A stretch of 64,000 nucleotides of DNA from Octopus vulgaris (Eukaryota), in assembly GCA_951406725.2 (NCBI GenBank), contig OX597814.1:108314001-108378000 (forward strand), in the 5' to 3' direction. Every line of letters starts with the position of its first letter. Position 1 is the first letter of the stretch. The position numbers and the translations under genes are program-made. Positions 1-12,945 of this stretch are shown here, piece by piece. The notes under the pieces are model-generated. The model did no database searches. It saw nothing but the letters and a program-made list of their open reading frames with translations, and was not told the DNA's origin.

Positions 1-482
1 TATATACACACACATGCACATGCATATATATATATATATATATACACATATATATATATATATACATACATTCACATACATACAGTACATTTAAACATAG
101 CTATTGAAATATATAAAGCTATTTAAGTGCATCCACACTTAACAGTCTGCATCTCCATCTTCCTCTTCAGAATATCAGTCTATTGGAGACAGTCCTGAGA
201 TGTGCAACCAGACAATAATACTCTGTCAGTCACCTTACCATATTTTAAATGTCTTGCTTTTCTGGGTATCAATAATGTAGCTGACTTGTTAAAATGCACA
301 AGATCATCCACCGTTTTCCCAACAACCTTGGCCACCTGTTTCACTTCAATCTCTCTTCCAATTGCAGACATAATAATAATAGAAATAAAACCGTGCTGCA
401 CTCATCACTTTCAGAAACATTTCATTTTTTTCATGTTTGGAATTGTCAAATTATGGAATAAATAACTCATACCAGTTCTTAA

Positions 483-683
483 CCCTTTCATTACTGTATT
501 TCTGTTGAGAAGCTCTGTGTTTCTTAATTTTAAATATAACAAAGAATTTAGTAAAATAAGCTAGTGTTAGGAACATAAATTGTGACTAAGGTTTGGTGGA
601 AGATTTTAATTCAGAACATATGAAAACAAGATATTTGTACTACAGAGCCAGAGCTAGTTTTGGGCAGATTGGTATTGAAAGGG
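483..683. mobile_element. piggyBac-like MITE (CCCT...AGGG ends, TTAA TSD); a related copy follows at 715-933
   Basis: ttaa|ccctttca...tgaaaggg|ttaa; the internal sequence is near-repeated at 715-933 and partly at 16663-16870. Confidence 0.75.
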
Positions 684-1199
684 TTAAGAATCGTTTCTCT
701 ATTGTATATCTTAACTCTTTTGTTACCATATTTCTGTTGAGAAGCTCTGTGTTTCCTTCAATTAATTTTTAATATAACAAAGAATTTAGTAAAATAACTT
801 CGTTATCATTAAGCTACTGTTAGGAATATAAATTGTGACTAAAGTTTGGTGGAAGATTTTAATTCAGAACTTATGAACACAAGACATTTGTACAGAACCA
901 GAGCTGGTTTCAGCCAGGTTGGTAACAAAAGGGTTATTCTGTCAAAAATTCCATGTTTCCCCAAATTCACCAACATTACTCCTACCATGCCTGTCCATCC
1001 TTTCATCTTTTAAGACTCTTTTAATGTTCACTTTTCTGTATTTCTATATTTTTTCTGTGTTTTATATATGCCTTTTAGTTTTTGTTAATGTCTTTCTTTA
1101 CTTATATGTCTGCTTTTTGTCCCCTATTTTAACTTTTTTTGAGGACTTGCACCTGAGCACTGGATACAATAAACTCATTATTATTATTATTATTTATTA

Positions 1200-1717
1200 A
1201 GACCTCTGGAGAAATGCTGTGACTGAGAAGACCTAGCAAATAAAGTGAGTTCACAGCTGGAACCTACACCAGTGTTGCATAACCAGCCCTCTCAAAAAGT
1301 ACCTTGGATCGAAGGGCGACATGCTGTGCTTGAGGAGACCTGTTCCGACAGGTACATCAAAATCAAAATCAAATGGAAATTGTAGTTGTGGTCCCTGTGT
1401 TGGTGGCACATAAAAAGCACCATCCAAACGTGGCTGATGTCAGTGCTGCCTTGACTGGCTCCCATGCCGGTGGCATGTAAAAAGCACCGTTTGATCATGG
1501 TCTATACCATCCCCCTCTGGCCCCTGTGCTGGTGGTGCGTAAAAGCACCCACTATACTCTTGGAGTGGTTGGCGTTAGGAAGGGCATCCAGCTGTAAAAA
1601 CTCTGCTAAATCAAGATTGGAGCCTGGTGCAGCCACCTGGCTTCCCAGACCCCAGTAGAACCATCCAACCCATGCCAGCATTGAAAACGGATGTTAAACA
1701 ATGATGATGATGATGAT
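1200..1717 (+). mobile_element. High-copy retroposon 3' end (LINE 3' UTR/SINE-like) ending in (GAT)n
   Basis: Motif aaaagcaccc...ttaggaagggcatccagctgta...catgccagcatggaaa...gatgatgat recurs at about 3800, 4620, 8000, 9100, 10380 and 16900. Confidence 0.75.
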
Positions 1718-3255
1718 AGTGACCTGGCAGAATCATTAACACACTCAACAAAATGCTTAGCAGCATTTCATCCAGTCTTCGTGTTCTGAGCTCAAATTCC
1801 GCTGAGCTTGACTTTGCCTTTCGGGGTTGATAAATTAAGAACCAGTCAAGTATTGGGGTTGATGTGGTTGACTTAACCCTGCCCCACAAATTTCAGGCCT
1901 TGTCTCTATGGTAGAAAGGATTATTATTATTATTATTATGTATCAAGGAGGTATGGTGGTAGAGCTATTAGCACACTCAGCAAAAAATCTTAATGGCATT
2001 TCTTAATGCTTTACAATCTGAGTTCAAATCCCCACTAAGTTGACATTACATTTCATCCTATTGGGGTTGATAAAACAAGTACCAGTCAAGTTTTGGGGTT
2101 GACGTACTCAACTTGCACCTCCCCTCAAAAACTGCTGGTCCTCTGTCAAAATTTGAAACCATTATTATTATTATTATATGTTTGACTTTTGCTTTGTATT
2201 TGTACAAGTTGATTCCAAGTCTCACCCAGAGACCTCAAGAGACAAGTTAGTTTTATGCTTAGGGTGTCATATATTTGGTTTTACACAAAGTATTGTTCTA
2301 GAGAATGTTTAAGAAAACATAAAAAAATTATGAGTTTGTTTTAAAATTTGAGATTACTATTATCATTATTATTATTATTACCATTAACGTGGTGAGCTAG
2401 CAGAATTGTTAGCATTCTGGGCGAAATACTTAATGGTATTTCGTCCGCTGCTACGTTCTGCATTCAAATTCCACTGAGGTTGAATTTGCCTTTCATCCTT
2501 TTGGCGTCGATAATTTAAGGTTGATGTGATTGGCTGTCCCTCTCCCCACAAAATCCAGGCCTTGTGCCGATAGTAGAAAGGATTGTTATTATTATTATTA
2601 TTATTATTATTAAGGTGGTGAGCTGGCAGAATCATTTGTATGCTGGACAAAATGCTTAGCAGTATTTCGCTCATCACTACATTCTGAGTTCAAATCCTAC
2701 TGAGGTCGACTTTGCCTTTCATCCTTTCAGGGTCAATAATTTAAGTACCAGTCAAACACTGAGGTTGATGTAATCGACTAGTCCCCCTCTCACCAAATCT
2801 CAAGCCTTGTGCCTTTAGTAGAAAGGATTATCATTATTATTATTGTTATTATCATTATTAAGGTGGCGAGTTGGCAGAATATCATTAGCTCACTGGGCGA
2901 AATGCTTATCAGTATTTCGTCTGCCGCTACGTTCTGAATTCAAATTATGCCAAGGCCAACTTTGCCTTTCATCCTTTCAGGCCTGATATAATCAACTTAA
3001 TCCGTTTGTCTGTTCCCTTTGTGTGTAGCTCCATGTGGGCAGTAAAGAAATAAGAATATCGTTAGCATGATGGACAAAATGCTTAGCGGCATTTTGTCCA
3101 CCTTTATGTTCTGAGTTCAAATTCCACTGGGGACAGCTTTACCTTTCATCCTTTCGGGGTCGGTAAAATAAGTCCCAGTTACATACTGGGGATCAGTGTA
3201 ATCAACTAGCCCCCTCCCCTCAAACCTCAGGCCTTGTGCCTATAGTAGAAAGGAT
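1718..3255 (+). mobile_element. Stack of about six same-orientation tRNA-derived SINEs separated mostly by (ATT)n tails
   Basis: Repeated ggtgagctggcagaatc.ttagc...gagttcaaattcc (A/B-box-like)...cctttcatcctttcggggtcgat...agaaagg followed by (att)n. Confidence 0.85.
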
Positions 3256-3343
3256 TATTATTATTATTATTATTATTATTAATCTTCTTGTAAACAATCC
3301 ATTTCAGATCCTACTTGAGCCCTTTTTGTTCTTTTCTTTTCAG

Positions 3344-3505
3344 GAAATTTCAAAACAAATACCGTCTCGCTCTTCATCAATATATGGCCATCGTATTGTT
3401 AATAATGGTCTTCTGGAAACAGTAGAAAGAAGCCATGCTAGGACAAACGTTGTCAGGAGTGAATTTTACCGACATAATAATATAAATATACAGCAAAAAT
3501 TTTGA
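3344..3505 (+). CDS. CFAP90: Terminal coding exon of a CFAP90 (C5orf49)-like cilia/flagella-associated protein
   Basis: Strong acceptor ctttttgttcttttcttttcag|gaa, phase 0. Peptide EISKQIPSRSSSIYGHRIVNNGLLETVERSHARTNVVRSEFYRHNNI resembles the recalled C5orf49 C-terminus (SSVYGKRI...R.N.V..DFYRKN.I). AATAAA at 3587-3592. Upstream exons are not seen in the window. Confidence 0.75.
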   Translation, partial: EISKQIPSRSSSIYGHRIVNNGLLETVERSHARTNVVRSEFYRHNNINIQQKF

Positions 3506-4913
3506 CCATTCCAAAGTCTGGGCTGAAACTGAAGTAGACGTTACCAAAAGTGATCTCCATTCTATTTTGTGAAAATGTTTAGTTTAAATAAAAGATTATC
3601 AAATGCATTTTAATATACATCACAATCCAAATGTAAGTATGAGGGCATTACAGCAAAACACTTATATCTGTCCCCTCTCTACCTTTAGTCTCTCAACTGG
3701 CACAAAGCCACATGCCCTCAATACTGTTCCACCCCCTCCCAGTTGAGGGGTTTTTGTCTGGCATGATACTTGGTGACCCTCGTTAGTGCTGGTGCCATGT
3801 AAAAGCACTGATGATGATGCCACATATAGTGACGGGGCCATGTAAAAAGCACCCTGTGCACTCTGTAAAATGGTTGGTGTTAGGAAGGGCAGCCATACCA
3901 AAACAGACCCCTTATGTGTTTACATCTCCCTCCCTCCTACTTGTATGTACTGCTTGTCATCCTTTATTCTCTGAGCCACTTCTTATTTCTTTATTGCCCA
4001 CAAGGGGCTAAAGAGAGGGGACAAACAAGGACAGACAAAGGAATTAAGTCGATTACATCGACCCCAGTGCGTAACAGGTACTTATTTAATCGATCCTGAA
4101 AGGATGAAAGGCAAAGTCGACCATGGCGGAATTTGAAAAGCATTTTGCCTGGTGTGCTAACGATTCTGGCAGCTTGCCGCCCTTATTCCCTGAGCCACTT
4201 CTATCTCTCTGAACCCCAACCCATGCTGATATTTCTCATCAAACCACACCTCGATTCTTGTCCGTCACTCATTACATTCACCTTCTCCCTCAATATCCAA
4301 TCAACTTTCACTCCCCGCAAAAATGTCTCCCTTCTCCTGATCCACCAGTCACATCATCCTTTGCTCCTTAAGGGTTTGCTCTTGCACCCCATCACTACCA
4401 TTTTACCTTCTTCCCACCCTTATATAATGTGAAGATAGCCATGTATCTTCCCTATAGCAATACACCTCAGCTCATCCCTAACATAAAGTCACCTCTCCCA
4501 CCTTTATTGAGGTGGGGGGTCCCCCTCTTGTTTTTTCCTATCTTACAAGTCCTTTGGAAACCTCACTCATGCAAGTATAACAAAGAAAGTACTCTGTAAA
4601 ATTAGGGAGAATATTCAGCCGTAGAAACCCTGCCAAAGCTGATATTGGAGCCTGACACAAATCTGTGACTCACTGCATCCTGTCAAACCATCCAACCCAT
4701 GCCAGCATGGGAAACGGATGTTACATGATGATTTTCCAGTTACTCCCATCAGCCTTATATCTCTTCTATAACAAGGCACTTTGGCTTGTCCATCACCTTG
4801 CATAGAACCATCCCTCCCCCCATACTCACCCAGTTTAGTTAAAGGAGCTTTTTCTTCCTGTTCTTTTCTCGTAACTTACTTGGTGACCTCACTCATACAA
4901 ATATCATGAAAAA

Positions 4914-5127
4914 GCGGTGAGCTGGCAGAATCGTTAGCACGCCAGGCAAAATGCTTAATGGTATTTCGTCTGTCTTTATGTTCTGAGTTCAAATTCCACC
5001 GAGGTCGATTTTGCCTTTCATCCTTTCAGAATTGATTAAATAAGTACCAGTTACGCACTGGGTTGTTATAATCGACTTAATCTCTTTGTCTGTCCTTGTT
5101 TATCCCCTGTGGGAAGTAAAGAAATAA
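4914..5127 (+). mobile_element. tRNA-derived SINE (same family as the 1718-3255 stack)
   Basis: gcggtgagctggcagaatcgttagcacgcc...aagaaata; further copies at about 3985(-), 7735(-), 8440(-), 11150(-), 31395(-), 33035(+), 34506(-), 40430(-), 41920(-), 46078(+), 46273(+). Confidence 0.85.
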
Positions 5128-5788
5128 ACATGAAAAAAGCTAGGAATGGTTTCCAGCTGTAGAAACCATGCCAAAGCTGACATTGGAGATTGATGTGGCC
5201 CTGTGGCTCATTGGATTCTATTAAACCGTCTGACCCATGCCAACATGGAAAAATGGACAATATACACACACAATGTGAATATAATATATGCTTATATGTG
5301 TCTTTGTGAATTCATACTTCCCTTCATCCTTATGTGTGTTCATTGACTGTAAACATTTGTTCATTAGGGTCCTTAAGAACATCTGGGTTTCTTGATGTGT
5401 TGTGTTATCTTTGTAAGCAAAAGGCTCATTCAGCTGCTGTCCCTTACTTCTAGACCATCGTATAACCATGTCCCAGCTGTTGTGGTTGCTTGGTAGAACC
5501 TAGGAGATTATTCAACCTCTTAGTTGGAAAGAGGTGAGGGGTGATGACAGGAATTGTACCAGGCTGTTGAAACTTTTGCTCCAGCTTGAGCAAGCATGGA
5601 AAAAGCAGATGCTACAACGATGGGGATGATGATAATGCCATACATGTGCTTTGTTAGTGTGTGTTGTGTAGATTTCAAGGATTAAAAAAAATGTTACCTT
5701 AATTTCTAACAGGTGAGGATTGATGACTAGAAAATCGACCTTAGTGAACCACAAGTAAGGAAAACATATATATATATATATATACACA

Positions 5789-6352
5789 CACGAGGGCGAG
5801 TCAAAAGGTAATGCCATTTTGTTTAGGACTGGTATAATTATCAATACATGTATCATACATCAAAATGAAGCTGGTCCTCTGTGGATCACATCCCTACTTC
5901 TCAACATAGTCACCGTTTCTCTCAATAGCAATGTTCCACCTTCGAATGAGAGCATGTATCCCTGCCCCGTAAAATTCTGTTGACTGTTCTTTGAGCCACT
6001 TCTTCACTAGTTTTCACTTCCTCATCATTGGAATAATGTTTGCCTCTCAAACCCTCTTTCATGGGGCCGAAGAGATGATAGTCTGAAGGCGCTAAATTAT
6101 TCCAGTGACAAGGAAGTGAAAACTGTAGTGAAGAAGTGGCTCAAAGCACAGTCGACAGAATTTTACGGAGCAGAGATACATGCTCTCATTCGAAGGTGGA
6201 ACATTGCTACAGAGAGAAACGGTGACTATGTTGAGAAGTAGGGATGTGATCCACAGAGGACCAGCTTCATTTTGATGTATGATACATGTTCCTGTATTGG
6301 TGATTATACCTGTCCTAAACAAAATGGCATTACTTTTTGACTCACCCTCGTG
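5789..6352. mobile_element. Fold-back mariner MITE made of two inverted transposase 3' ends
   Basis: cacgaggg...ccctcgtg|ta termini and ~250-bp inverted arms. The arms encode the mariner C-terminus: LAPSDYHLFGPMKEGLRGKHYS on - and KEVKTVVKKWL...EFY...IHALIRRWN...GDYVEK* on +. Confidence 0.9.
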
Positions 6353-9300
6353 TATATGTGCATGTGCAGGTGAATGGGATAGTTAAGAAATTTACTTCTC
6401 AGCCACAACCCTTTGTGGATCAAATATGGATTCCAGTTTCCATTTTAGTTCTGTTGATCTGTCAAAGTCATTTTTACATCAATCCATGGAATTCTGAAGC
6501 TAAACCAATTATCGCAGTAATTCCTAATGACTGTTTCTCAAGATGTACATCCAAATCTTGAACACAACTAACAGTAACTTTTGTTACTATATTTGTCTAG
6601 GTGCAGGCCATGGCTGGTGGTAAGAAGCTTTCCAACCGCATGGAACTTTTGGGCAAGTGTCTTCTATTTATAGCCTTGAGCCGACCAAAGCCTTGTGAGT
6701 AAATTTGGTAGACAGAAACAAGCCTGTCATGCATATATATGTCCTTGCCCCCACCCACCCTGCTTGACAACTTGTGTTGGTATGTTTTTATCAGTTCAAA
6801 AGAGACTGATAGAGTAAATACCAGGCTGAAAAGTGATCCAGTCAACTAAAATTCTTCAAGGTGGTGCCCCAGCATGGCTGCAGTCCAATGACTGAAACCA
6901 GTAACAGGTAAAAGATAAATACAGTGTTCTGTTTCAATGGAAAATAAGGAAGAAATTATTAGCAAAAGAACTGACATTATTAAGCTGGTGTTTAAACTAA
7001 GCAATCTCATTTGCTTTTGGACTCATTCTGGAATAAGGAGAATACTTTAGGAGATGATCGGTTGTCATTCTACTTGTCTCGGAAACGCACTAAGATCATT
7101 GGAAGTTGATTTGTGTAAGGACTGTGAAGACAAAATTGTTCTCTTTGGTCAGCTCAGAGGCTCCCTAAAATATCTGTACTAAATCAAAGCAGCTAGAATC
7201 ATGTCAAGTGCCTCTTGATATCTCTGCTGATTTGGATGAGAGCATTTCAGAGGAATAAACATCAGATTCTAAAATGGGTTCTTCATTGCCAGAATTGCCT
7301 ATAGATTATCAGCATTCTTCTCTAGGTAGTTCAAGTCTGACAGTTCATTGTGGGACCTTTGCTGAAGTTTGTGTAAAAAGATCTATCCTTAGTCATCAGA
7401 CTTTGAAATCACTCTGGCTTATTTGGTGAGAGATGTTCCACCAGTGTGGTCATCCTGCTGTCCCTTACAACTGGACAAAGTGATTTGTGAAGGACTTGCA
7501 CAATAGAGACCATCTTATTTAACAAATCACTGCACTAAACATGAACAACTTCAGAGATTTTGATACCATTTTTAATGCTTGCTTTTCCATGGATCCAACA
7601 GGATTCTTAGAGGCAAAACTTCTACCGTTGGATGTTATTCTTGTTGCCAACCCTCACAGGTTTCTAAGAAAAGTAATATTTCCAAACATATTTGCATGGT
7701 GCACTTGTTTCAATTATGCCTCTCTATTATAAACACAAAGCCTGAAATTTTGGGGTTGGGGAGGGAGTTGATCAGATTAATCCACAGTACGTAACTGGTA
7801 CTTAATTTATTGATCCCGAAAGGATGAAAAGCAAAGTCGACCTTGGTAGAATTTGAACAGGGAACATAGCAGCAGACAAAATACTGCTAAGTATTTTGCC
7901 TGGCATGCTAACGATTCTGCTGGCTTGATGCCTTAATTGTTTTAGAATTATTACGTAATGACAAGGCGACAGTAACATGCACATATATATAAGCTCCCAA
8001 CACACTCTGTAATGTGGCTGACATCAGGAAGGGTACCCAGAAACCATTTCAAAACAGTCAATTGGATCCTGGCCAGTTCCCGTCAAACTGTCCAACCCAT
8101 GCCAGCATGGAAAAGGTTACTGATGATGATGATATATGAAGGGCTTTGTTCAATTTCCATTTACGAAAACCACTCTCATGCTATTAAAAATTAAGGTCCA
8201 CGACCATCAATTTCTCAGGTACAGGCATAACTATATGGTTGAGAAGTTTGCTTCGGAACCACATGGTCTCCAGTTCAATCCCACTGTGCAGCACCTTGGA
8301 CAAATGTCTTCTACTGTAAGCCCTGGGGCTGATCAAAGTCCTGTGAGTGGATTTGGGAGATGAAAACTGGAAGAAGCCCGTCAGCTAAATATATAAAGAG
8401 ATATGTATAAAACATGAAATTAAGAGCATAATAATCTTTTCTACTACTAAAGGCACAAGGCCTGAAATGTTGGGGGAGGGGCAAGTTGATTTCATCGACC
8501 CCAAAAGGATGAAAAGCAAAGTTGACTGTGGTGGAATTTGAGCTCAGAACATAGCGACGGGCAAAATGCCTCTAAGCACTTCGTCTAGTATGCTAATGAT
8601 TCTGCCAGTTTGCCGCCTTAAGAGCATAATAAGGAAAATCCAGGTGGACGTTTATGCATGAGCAGCTAAAATGATCGTTAGAAGCAAAATATATTTCCAA
8701 GTCTTATGTTTGTGCCTGATTGTCTTGACATTGTAGGATAGTTGTGAATGAGTCATCGTCATTCATTTCTGATTTTCTGCAAAAACATGTCTGGCCATGG
8801 GAGGGGGCAGGAGATATTACTTTGCTTGGAAAAAGTTGAGGGTTGGCAACGGGAAAAGGATGTAGAAAATCTGCCTGACCCATGAGAGCATTAAAGAGTG
8901 GATGTCAAAACAATGATTACGATTTCATTAATAACTGTTTAGCATTTAACAGGCTATTATAATCAAGCCCAAATATCCTACCTGCTTTATGTTCAAACTG
9001 GCTGAGTTAATCAATTCAGAACAACGAAAATAAATGAGCATTTACATTTGACAGTGATCTGAATGGCAAAAAGGTCAAGAGATAAGAAACGGAATATGGT
9101 GTGTAAAAAACACCCACTACACTCTCGGAGTGATTGGCGTTAGGAAGGGCATCCAGCTGTAGAAACACTGCCAGATCAAGATTGGAGCCTGGTGCAGCCA
9201 TCTGGTTCGCCAGTCCCCAGTCAAACTATCCAACACATGCCAGCATGGAAAGCAGACATTAAAAGATGATGATGACGACAATGATGAACCAGGGAAGGTA

Positions 9301-12300
9301 AGATGCACAAGATACCAGGATACAAGTGATAATATTTTAATTCAGTGGATTCTGAGATTTTTGCTGAAATAAACTGATTTATTATTATTAGTGCATGGTA
9401 ATTTAAATAGCATTCATAGAGTTATTTTCATATGAAAACAGCAATTACAGGAAAAGAGATATGCCATTTGTGAAACCAGCTCCTTAAATATGTCCAAGAC
9501 TAGCCCTTACTTCTAAAACACTTAAATATGTGTCAGCCAATGGGTATAAAAGGAATCAAAAATTAAATTCTAACAGAGAAAAACCATACTAAACTAGTTT
9601 GCATGTTTTTATTAAATCATAACAGTAAAATATCTTTAAAAAAAATGGTTTAAAATATTATTATACAAGAACTTCAACTTGGTGAGAAGAGGGTGAAAAG
9701 ATGTTTCCCCATTCAATAGGATTTCATTGAGAGTAGTTCTTGGTTCTGACAAAGAAAGTCTATAAATGTTCAATTCCACAACATACACAAATAGATATCG
9801 GAAATGGTTCACACAACTGTTTACTTCTACACAGACAGAAAATAAGGAATTTTGGCAACAAAATTAGGCCAAGAGAATAAAGCCATGGACTGTAGTAACA
9901 AGAGATAATACTACCAATGTTATTGATATGTCTTATAAGCATCCAGAATTCTATAAAAGACCACCCATTACCGTGGTTAGGACAGTAGGAGACATGGCAC
10001 TGAAGATACCATAGTTCTGTTGAAATATTACAGCGTTGTTGCAGTAAATTTTGAAAATAAAGAATTCACTAAAATAACTTATTATGCTGGTGCTTGGAAC
10101 AAAAATGAACATGAAATTTTGATGGAAGGGTTAATTTAGACTACTTTAAAAGAGGAAAATTGTGTCGTAGAATGAAAGGCAAAATCAGATGAGCTGGTGT
10201 GAAAAGGATCAAATCCTAATTGCCCAGGTTATGCAATAGCAATGAAACAGTCTAATGTTAAACAGAAATTTTATGAGATGATAAATAAGATTTTAAAAAT
10301 TGTTTAAAGAGAAATCTCTTGGTTTCACTCTCTCTCTCAGCTGAGAGGTTTGTATTTTGCAAGCTCACGGGTGCATGCCAGCGACACGTAAATAGCACCC
10401 AGTACACTCCGCGAAGTGGTTGGCATTAAGAATGGCATCCAGCTGTAGAAACCATACCAAAACAGACAATTGGAACCTGATGCAGCCCTCCTGCTTGCCA
10501 GCTTGTCAAACTGTCCAACCCATGCCAGCATGGAAAACAGACATTAAATGACGATGGTAAAAGAAATAACTACAATGTAACACCAAACTGTAATTGGTCA
10601 CCTCACATCTCAATTGTTAATATGCAGTGGATTGTCAGGAAATAGCACGTTGATACCCCACCAAAGACAGTAGAGGACTGACTTCTTGTGAATGTATCAG
10701 AGATGGCAAAGAAATGGCTTTCATTTATATACTGAATAAAGTGCTGTTACATTTATTTATGGGGGTCCAAGACAAAAACCACAATGAGGACTTTGCCATC
10801 ACTTCATTGGTGACAAACATGCAAATGTATATTAACAGGATGGTTTAAGTGCAATGAGTTTTAGAAGCAAAAAACAGACAAAAGAACGACTTATGTATAA
10901 ATAATAAAGCCCAGCCTCAACACCACCCTGACCAAGAATGAAACAGTTAAGAGAAAGAGAGGAGGTGGGGAATGACGAGATGAACTAGACGAGAGAATTG
11001 GTGAGACCCTAGCAAAAGCTATGTCAATAATTACTATTAGATTATCTCCCTTACATGAAGCAACTAAAATTAATGTTTTAACAGCTTTTGTGGATGGACA
11101 CTGAGAACTAAAAAGTCAAATTCTTCCTACATCTTCGATAATAATAATCCCTTCTGCCACAGGCACAAGGCCTGAAATTTTCAGGGAGGGGAATAGTCAA
11201 GTACATCGCCCCCAGAGCTCCATCGGTACTTATTTTCACCCCTGAAAGGACGAAAGGCAAAAAGTCAACCATGACAGCATGTGAACCCAGAACATAAAAA
11301 TGGGAGAAATGCCATTATTTTTCCCGGTGTGCTAACGATTCTGCCAGCTCACCGCCTTAAATAATAATAGAATTTTCAGGAGAAGGACAACATAAAAAAA
11401 AGCAGTTGAAGTTCTTATCAAATGGAGTAATGACTAATTCTTTATGAAAGTCTAAGATCCAGAGGCAAGTCAACATCTAAATGCTGTCTGTGTTTGTTTA
11501 TATAAAATAAATTAAACAAACTAAGTTAAAAGGTGTTTACAAGTGTGTGTGTGTGTGTGGACAGAGAATTAAGTCCATTAAATTCCAAGAATTTCAAGTG
11601 GTTGATTAACTTTATTTCAGAAGAGAGAGAGAGCTATGTAATTAATCTAAATGTTTAAAATCACAAATTTATTTCAAGAGAGCCTCGGATGTCAAACAAA
11701 CCAGTTGTGATATTTTATCTAAATATTAATATTTAAAAAAAAAAAAATGTTTTAATTGTATTTTTTCTTTTTGATAAAAAAAAAAAAAGGAATGTTGTTT
11801 CCCTGTGAAAAAAAAAAAAAAAAAACCCAAAAGAAACCTGCAATTATTATGGAGATAAATATTTTCCTTTCAACAGTTCCAAAATAGAGTACTTTCTTTT
11901 TTTTTATGTCTGTTTTGAGGAGCTCAAATATTTATATATTTCAAGCTTCAGTAATTAAAAAAAGAGAGGAAAAAAAAAAAAACTAAGGAAAAAATGAAAA
12001 TTCTGTAAAAATAAGTTCGAAGAGTCTTTCTTGAATGTGATGGGTGTGTAACTAGAATGTTATTATTATTATAATTACTGTGTATTATGTGTGTGTGTGA
12101 GTAACATTGATTACGCAAGAAAAAAACCTGGGGGGGTTAACTACAAAAGTCATCATGCTGTCAACGAATGGTGACATGTCTATTTTCGAAAAGCTCAACA
12201 CAACACCTCAGCACTTCTGTTTTTGATTCATCTGTATCATTTATACTCAGGTGAAAACATTTTACAGTAGCAGACAAAATGGTTTGCTTTTTTTTTTTTT

Positions 12301-12798
12301 TTTGGTTTTTTTTTCAATAAGAAAGTTAATAGAAATTTTCAATTTTTCCAAGAGCAATTATAGACAAAAAAATTAATCATTATTAATACAAGTGATTAAT
12401 TAATTTGATAACAGCCAAAGATTCTAATACATACATATTTCAATGGCATTCATAGATTTGGGGAGAAGGGGAGGAAAAAAAAAATTAAAGTCAAAAGCCA
12501 TTTGAGTAGTTTTTAGTTCTACATAAAACAGAGACCTAAGCCCACCTTTGGGGAAGAGTTTAACTCCAGACTGGGCAACAGGTCAGTGTTAACAGTTTCA
12601 TTACATACACAGCATGAGTGACAATTCCCTTGCCGATGACTGCTATTTTGGTTCCTAAGATATAGCATAGTTTCAAGGCAATAGAGATGATTCTCAACAG
12701 ACATGAAGACTCCAGGAGTAGAGGTAATATTTCTGAATAATGTTCAGGCTGTTTATATATATATTATGTTTAAGTCAGTTTTTACCAAATCACTCCAT

Positions 12799-12911
12799 TC
12801 ATTCGGTACTGTCTGTAATGTTTTTGTCACTCCCTGATTTCACAGGACTTTTCTTACTACCATAGCTTTCATCAGATTCTTTGGAAGACTCCAGTTTTGC
12901 AGAAGTAGAAC

Positions 12912-12945
<34 letters not shown>

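Noticed and set aside
124-401. Minus-strand ORF (73 aa) whose read-through ends ...MQTVKCGCT*, superficially like a TGF-beta C-terminus
   Set aside because: There is an in-frame stop, the other cystine-knot cysteines are missing, and there is no clear splice context or recognisable family
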